A DNA stretch of 64,000 nucleotides from an uncultured bacterium (lineage in GTDB: Bacteria; Babelota; Babeliae; Babelales; Babelaceae), in the NCBI GenBank assembly GCA_963713855.1, contig OY970209.1, forward strand, positions 1,088,001 through 1,152,000. Direction: 5' to 3'. Shown in pieces: positions 60,640-64,000 of the stretch. Made by a program: the position numbers and the translations under genes. Position 1 is the first letter of the stretch, and each line of letters begins with the position of its first letter. The notes beneath the pieces are model-generated. The model had not been told where the DNA came from, did not search any database, and saw nothing but the letters and a program-made list of their open reading frames with translations.

Positions 60640-61611
60640 ATGCGCGTAGATCGCTCTACATACGCTGTGTCTAATGTTCTCGAATGGCTCTTAGCGCACG
60701 GATTTAACTTCGGGTCTAAGGATAAAAAGAGGGGTGAGACACCTTGCCAAAAAGCAATGAGGACTCGCTCCGAAGAAGCTATGCTGTGGTTTATTGAGCA
60801 CGGAGATAGAACCCCAGTGGATTTCATTGCACAATCCCTTGGAGATGAAAACTCCGACAGCGATGACGATGAAGATGAAGATGCAGACAGTGACGAATTG
60901 ATCAAGAAAAAGCCATTAATTAAAGCAATTTTTAATCGAGACTCACCATGTGTCCAAAGGCTATTGGAAGGCGGTACGCTTGATTCCTGGGATTTTAGGC
61001 ATTCATTTTTGCTCATGATAGCTTTGGGCGATGATTGGCTTGGCCATGAGCCTATTGACTATGTTGTAAAAAATATGAAAGACGAGATAACCTTGAGCAC
61101 TTTGGTCTTTGCCCTTGAAACAGCTATCGTTAATAATAATGAGCGAATGTTTATGGTATTGCTAAATTGGCTAAAAGAACGTGTAAAAGCTGAAGCTGAA
61201 AGAAAACGTTCTGCGGCTGCAGATACAAGCAAATTTTCCACTGTAATCGAAAGAATTTTATTTTGGGCAGCGATATTCGGTCGCGAAAGAATGGCCAGGG
61301 AAATAACAAGCTATGCTCTCTTGAGAAATATCTCGTTAGAAAGGGCTCGATGGCGCATTGAACAGTATTTAACTCGTACAAATTTCCGGCAGGAAGAACA
61401 TGCGAAGAAAGAAATGATCAGTTCTATTCTAGAAAGTCTCAGGCAAGCACTTAAACTTAATGAGGAACTAGCGGCTGTCTATAAAAGGGAATTAAATAAG
61501 AAACTTCATCCTTTCGGGACTTCTTCTTTTTATGTCGACATCGTGAGGAATTTTCCTATCGAGGTCATTCAAATGATAGTGGCAATGTTTTATATGCAGA
61601 ATAGAAATTAA
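60640..61611 (+). CDS. Ankyrin-like paralogue of 46262/47986, apparently 5'-truncated, with C-terminal F-box-like motif
   Basis: LEWLLAHG..GETPCQKA, FRHSFLLMIALG, ALETAI, ILFWAA, NFPIEVIQMIVAMF. No signal peptide. An in-frame TAA at 60616 precedes an ankyrin-like GGTLAH. Confidence 0.65.
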   Translation: MRVDRSTYAVSNVLEWLLAHGFNFGSKDKKRGETPCQKAMRTRSEEAMLWFIEHGDRTPVDFIAQSLGDENSDSDDDEDEDADSDELIKKKPLIKAIFNRDSPCVQRLLEGGTLDSWDFRHSFLLMIALGDDWLGHEPIDYVVKNMKDEITLSTLVFALETAIVNNNERMFMVLLNWLKERVKAEAERKRSAAADTSKFSTVIERILFWAAIFGRERMAREITSYALLRNISLERARWRIEQYLTRTNFRQEEHAKKEMISSILESLRQALKLNEELAAVYKRELNKKLHPFGTSSFYVDIVRNFPIEVIQMIVAMFYMQNRN

Positions 61612-62314
61612 TGCACAAAGAAGAACAAATGCGAATGAATTCAGCCTCTAGCAAGAAAAAATAATCCCTCCCATAATTTGTATGAAGCGATGTCTTTTCT
61701 TTTGTCTTATTTGATTCTCGTTGCCCTATTTTAAATGCGGATTGTAGAATGTTTGATTTATTTAAAAATATTTGTATATGATTTATAGTGATAAATCTCA
61801 GCGGGGGGAGCTCGTATCAAAATAGCTCCATTTCAAGAAAAAAGCTGTAGTATAAGCTTTTTTATAGATCTATGACAACAAATCAGAATTTGTTGACTTA
61901 GGTATTGGGCAATCTTTGCTTGGGATCTTTTCCGTGAGAAGAACTTGGCCTCTACCGTCGCGGATTCTTAAATGAAAAATTCACGCGTTATTAGTGAACT
62001 TTAAAGGCCCAGAATTGCGGCCTACTCTTTTAGAACTTAAAAAGTTTAGGTTGGGTCTTTTCATAGCGCTTCCATTCATGGATACTATGTTCCGTATTTC
62101 TTGGCTTTTTAAGCCCTTTAACAAAACCTAAAATATTCCTACTACAGAATCGTAACACAATTAATTCCCGCTTGCTTACATCGTTATCCAGGTGAACTAT
62201 AATAACAACGTTCTTCGTAAGAAAGAACATTGCAGCGATGTCATAGAAGTCCGGGCGCATCATCTTTAATCGATTAAGATATCCGCTCTGTAAAAATTAC
62301 CAGGAGATTCACGT

Positions 62315-64000
62315 ATGTTTTCTATTCACCACTGCATTCTTTTAATGTTGGTGCTTGTTTCTTTAGTGGGCTCGGAGACTCATGGTCTTTGTCCAGGTAT
62401 TAGTTACACGCTACCGTCTGGTTCTACAAATCCCCATTCAGTAGCATTTTCGCCCAATGGTTCCTATCTCGCTACCGCTAATTTTAATTCAAATGGTGTA
62501 ACCATATTTACCGTGGGAACAGGAGGCGTATTGAGCGGCAGCACGTCATACGCCTTACCGTCTGGTTCTACAGCTCCCTATTCAGTGGCATTTTCGCCGA
62601 ATGGCTCCTATCTTGCAACTGCTAATTATGGCTCAAGTAATGTAACCATATTTAGTGTAGGAACAGGAGGAGTATTGAGTGGCGGCATTTCGTATGCGCT
62701 ACCGTCTGGTTCTTCAGAACCCATATCGGTAACATTTTCACCCAATTCTTCATACCTTGCTATTGGTAATTTTGGTTCAAGTGATGTAACGCTTTTAAGC
62801 TCTGTGTGTCCTAGTGGCAAGAGTCCAACAACTTCATATCCCCTACCTCCTGGCTCTTACGGGCCTGATTCAGTAGCTCTTTCACCGAATAATTTATATC
62901 TTGCGACAGCGAATTATAATTCAAGCGACGTAACCATATTTATGATAAATTCGACTGGCATGATGGATACGCTTTATTTAGGAACGTCATACCCATTACC
63001 ATCCGGTTCATCATACCCGTCTTCAGTTACTTTTTCGCTTGATAACGCATATGTTGCAACAGCCAATAGCTACTCAAATGATGTCACTCTCTTTAAGGTA
63101 GTAGGAGGAAAGTTAACAGGAGGAATCTCATACGCATTACCTAAGAACTCTACCAACCCAGTTTGGGCAACCTTCTCGCCCGATGATTCTTATCTGGCCG
63201 TAGCCAATTATAAGTCAAACGACGTAACCATATTTAACGTTGCCGTAGGATTATTATCTGGACCAATTTCCTACAGATTACCTGCGGGATCATTAGAGCC
63301 TGTATCACTAGCCTTTGCACCTAATGGTACCCATCTTGCTACTGCCAATGTCAATTCAAGTGACGTGACACTCTTTAAAGTAACAAATGGTGTGTTAAGC
63401 AGTGGCATTTCTTACTCCTTACCCACCGGATCTACGCAACCTCGATCAATCCTCTTTTTGCCCATTTCTGGTGGTGATTTACTCGTTGCTACAGCCAATA
63501 GTGGTTCAGATGATGTGACAACCTTCAGCGTACAAGGAGGCATCCTAAACACGGGTAATTCGTATCCATTACCCCCGGGCGCTTTTAATCCCCTATCATT
63601 GGCCTCCTCATCAGATGGCGCCTACCTTGCTACTGCTAATAGTGGCTCTAACAGTATCACGGTCTTTACTGTTAACGCGGGTATATTAGATCAAGGTACA
63701 TCTTATTCTTTGCCCATTAACTCGAGCGACTGCGTGGCAGTAGACTTTTCGCCAAATGAAACTTATGTTGTTACTGCCAATTTTGATTCAAATGACGTGT
63801 CGCTCATTCCGATCTTGAGCAGAGGTAATGGAATTTCAAGTGAGGGCAGTAGTAGCGATAGTCTTCCGATTGGTGTTATCATAGGAACAACTGTGGGAAT
63901 TCCTCTAGGCCTTGGGGCAACAGCATTAGGAACAAGCATCGTCGGTTTTTTGGTATATAAGTACTTGCACAAGCATCACCATCTAGCTAGCAATGTTAAT
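62315..64000 (+). CDS. Membrane-anchored beta-propeller repeat protein (3+7 blades), partial at window end
   Basis: Not in the ORF track (no stop in the window). AGGAG RBS, ATG 62315 MFSIHHCILLMLVLVSLVGSETHGLC, 3 blades then SVCPSG, 7-blade module, SLPIGVIIGTTVGIPLG TM, tail KYLHKHHHLASNVN... Confidence 0.88.
   Translation, partial: MFSIHHCILLMLVLVSLVGSETHGLCPGISYTLPSGSTNPHSVAFSPNGSYLATANFNSNGVTIFTVGTGGVLSGSTSYALPSGSTAPYSVAFSPNGSYLATANYGSSNVTIFSVGTGGVLSGGISYALPSGSSEPISVTFSPNSSYLAIGNFGSSDVTLLSSVCPSGKSPTTSYPLPPGSYGPDSVALSPNNLYLATANYNSSDVTIFMINSTGMMDTLYLGTSYPLPSGSSYPSSVTFSLDNAYVATANSYSNDVTLFKVVGGKLTGGISYALPKNSTNPVWATFSPDDSYLAVANYKSNDVTIFNVAVGLLSGPISYRLPAGSLEPVSLAFAPNGTHLATANVNSSDVTLFKVTNGVLSSGISYSLPTGSTQPRSILFLPISGGDLLVATANSGSDDVTTFSVQGGILNTGNSYPLPPGAFNPLSLASSSDGAYLATANSGSNSITVFTVNAGILDQGTSYSLPINSSDCVAVDFSPNETYVVTANFDSNDVSLIPILSRGNGISSEGSSSDSLPIGVIIGTTVGIPLGLGATALGTSIVGFLVYKYLHKHHHLASNVN

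Noticed and set aside
61800..62280. Short ORFs in the gap before the last propeller gene (e.g. 62030..62263)
   Set aside because: No recognisable motif or clear RBS; cannot be supported as genes.
13679..64000. Diversity-generating retroelement or shufflon driving the array
   Set aside because: No reverse transcriptase, recombinase or invertase in the window. I saw no template/variable repeat pair differing only at adenines and no repeated crossover site. A trans-acting enzyme elsewhere cannot be excluded.
13679..64000. CRISPR-like periodic repeats (~141-144 bp period)
   Set aside because: The periodicity is the in-frame coding blade repeat with synonymous variation, not identical repeats with unique spacers; no cas genes.

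Overview
Gene-dense, AT-rich bacterial DNA with no rRNA, tRNA, CRISPR array, transposase, integrase or reverse transcriptase that I can recognise. The many signal-peptide-bearing ankyrin proteins suggest a protist-associated intracellular bacterium such as Candidatus Dependentiae/TM6 (inference only). Bases 1-13.4 kb hold mostly secreted hypothetical and ankyrin proteins. They also hold an AAA_14/DUF4143 ATPase, an unannotated 47-aa Cys-tailed peptide, a signal-peptide-bearing Ppx/GppA-like protein, a P-loop kinase, uridine kinase (udk) and a secreted Lon-like AAA+ module with no protease domain. Bases 13.7-64 kb are dominated by one expanded family: 14 paralogous beta-propeller genes (12 complete and intact, 1 frameshifted, 1 running off the window) plus 4 relics, on both strands. 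The typical member has a signal peptide, a variable N-terminal set of ~47-aa blades, a conserved 7-blade module, a GDGS-type linker, one TM helix and a basic tail with a conserved [ST]VN[FY] motif, usually ending in Leu. Blade numbers fall in multiples of seven (14 or 21), except two members with 4+7 and 3+7. Inside the array sit ankyrin proteins with C-terminal F-box-like motifs and a secreted protein with 15 Cys-Cys doublets. The best candidate for an undescribed system is this diversifying surface-receptor/adhesin array with its own C-terminal anchoring signal. A second candidate is a shared 'signal peptide + Met-Glu' signature on the putative effectors.
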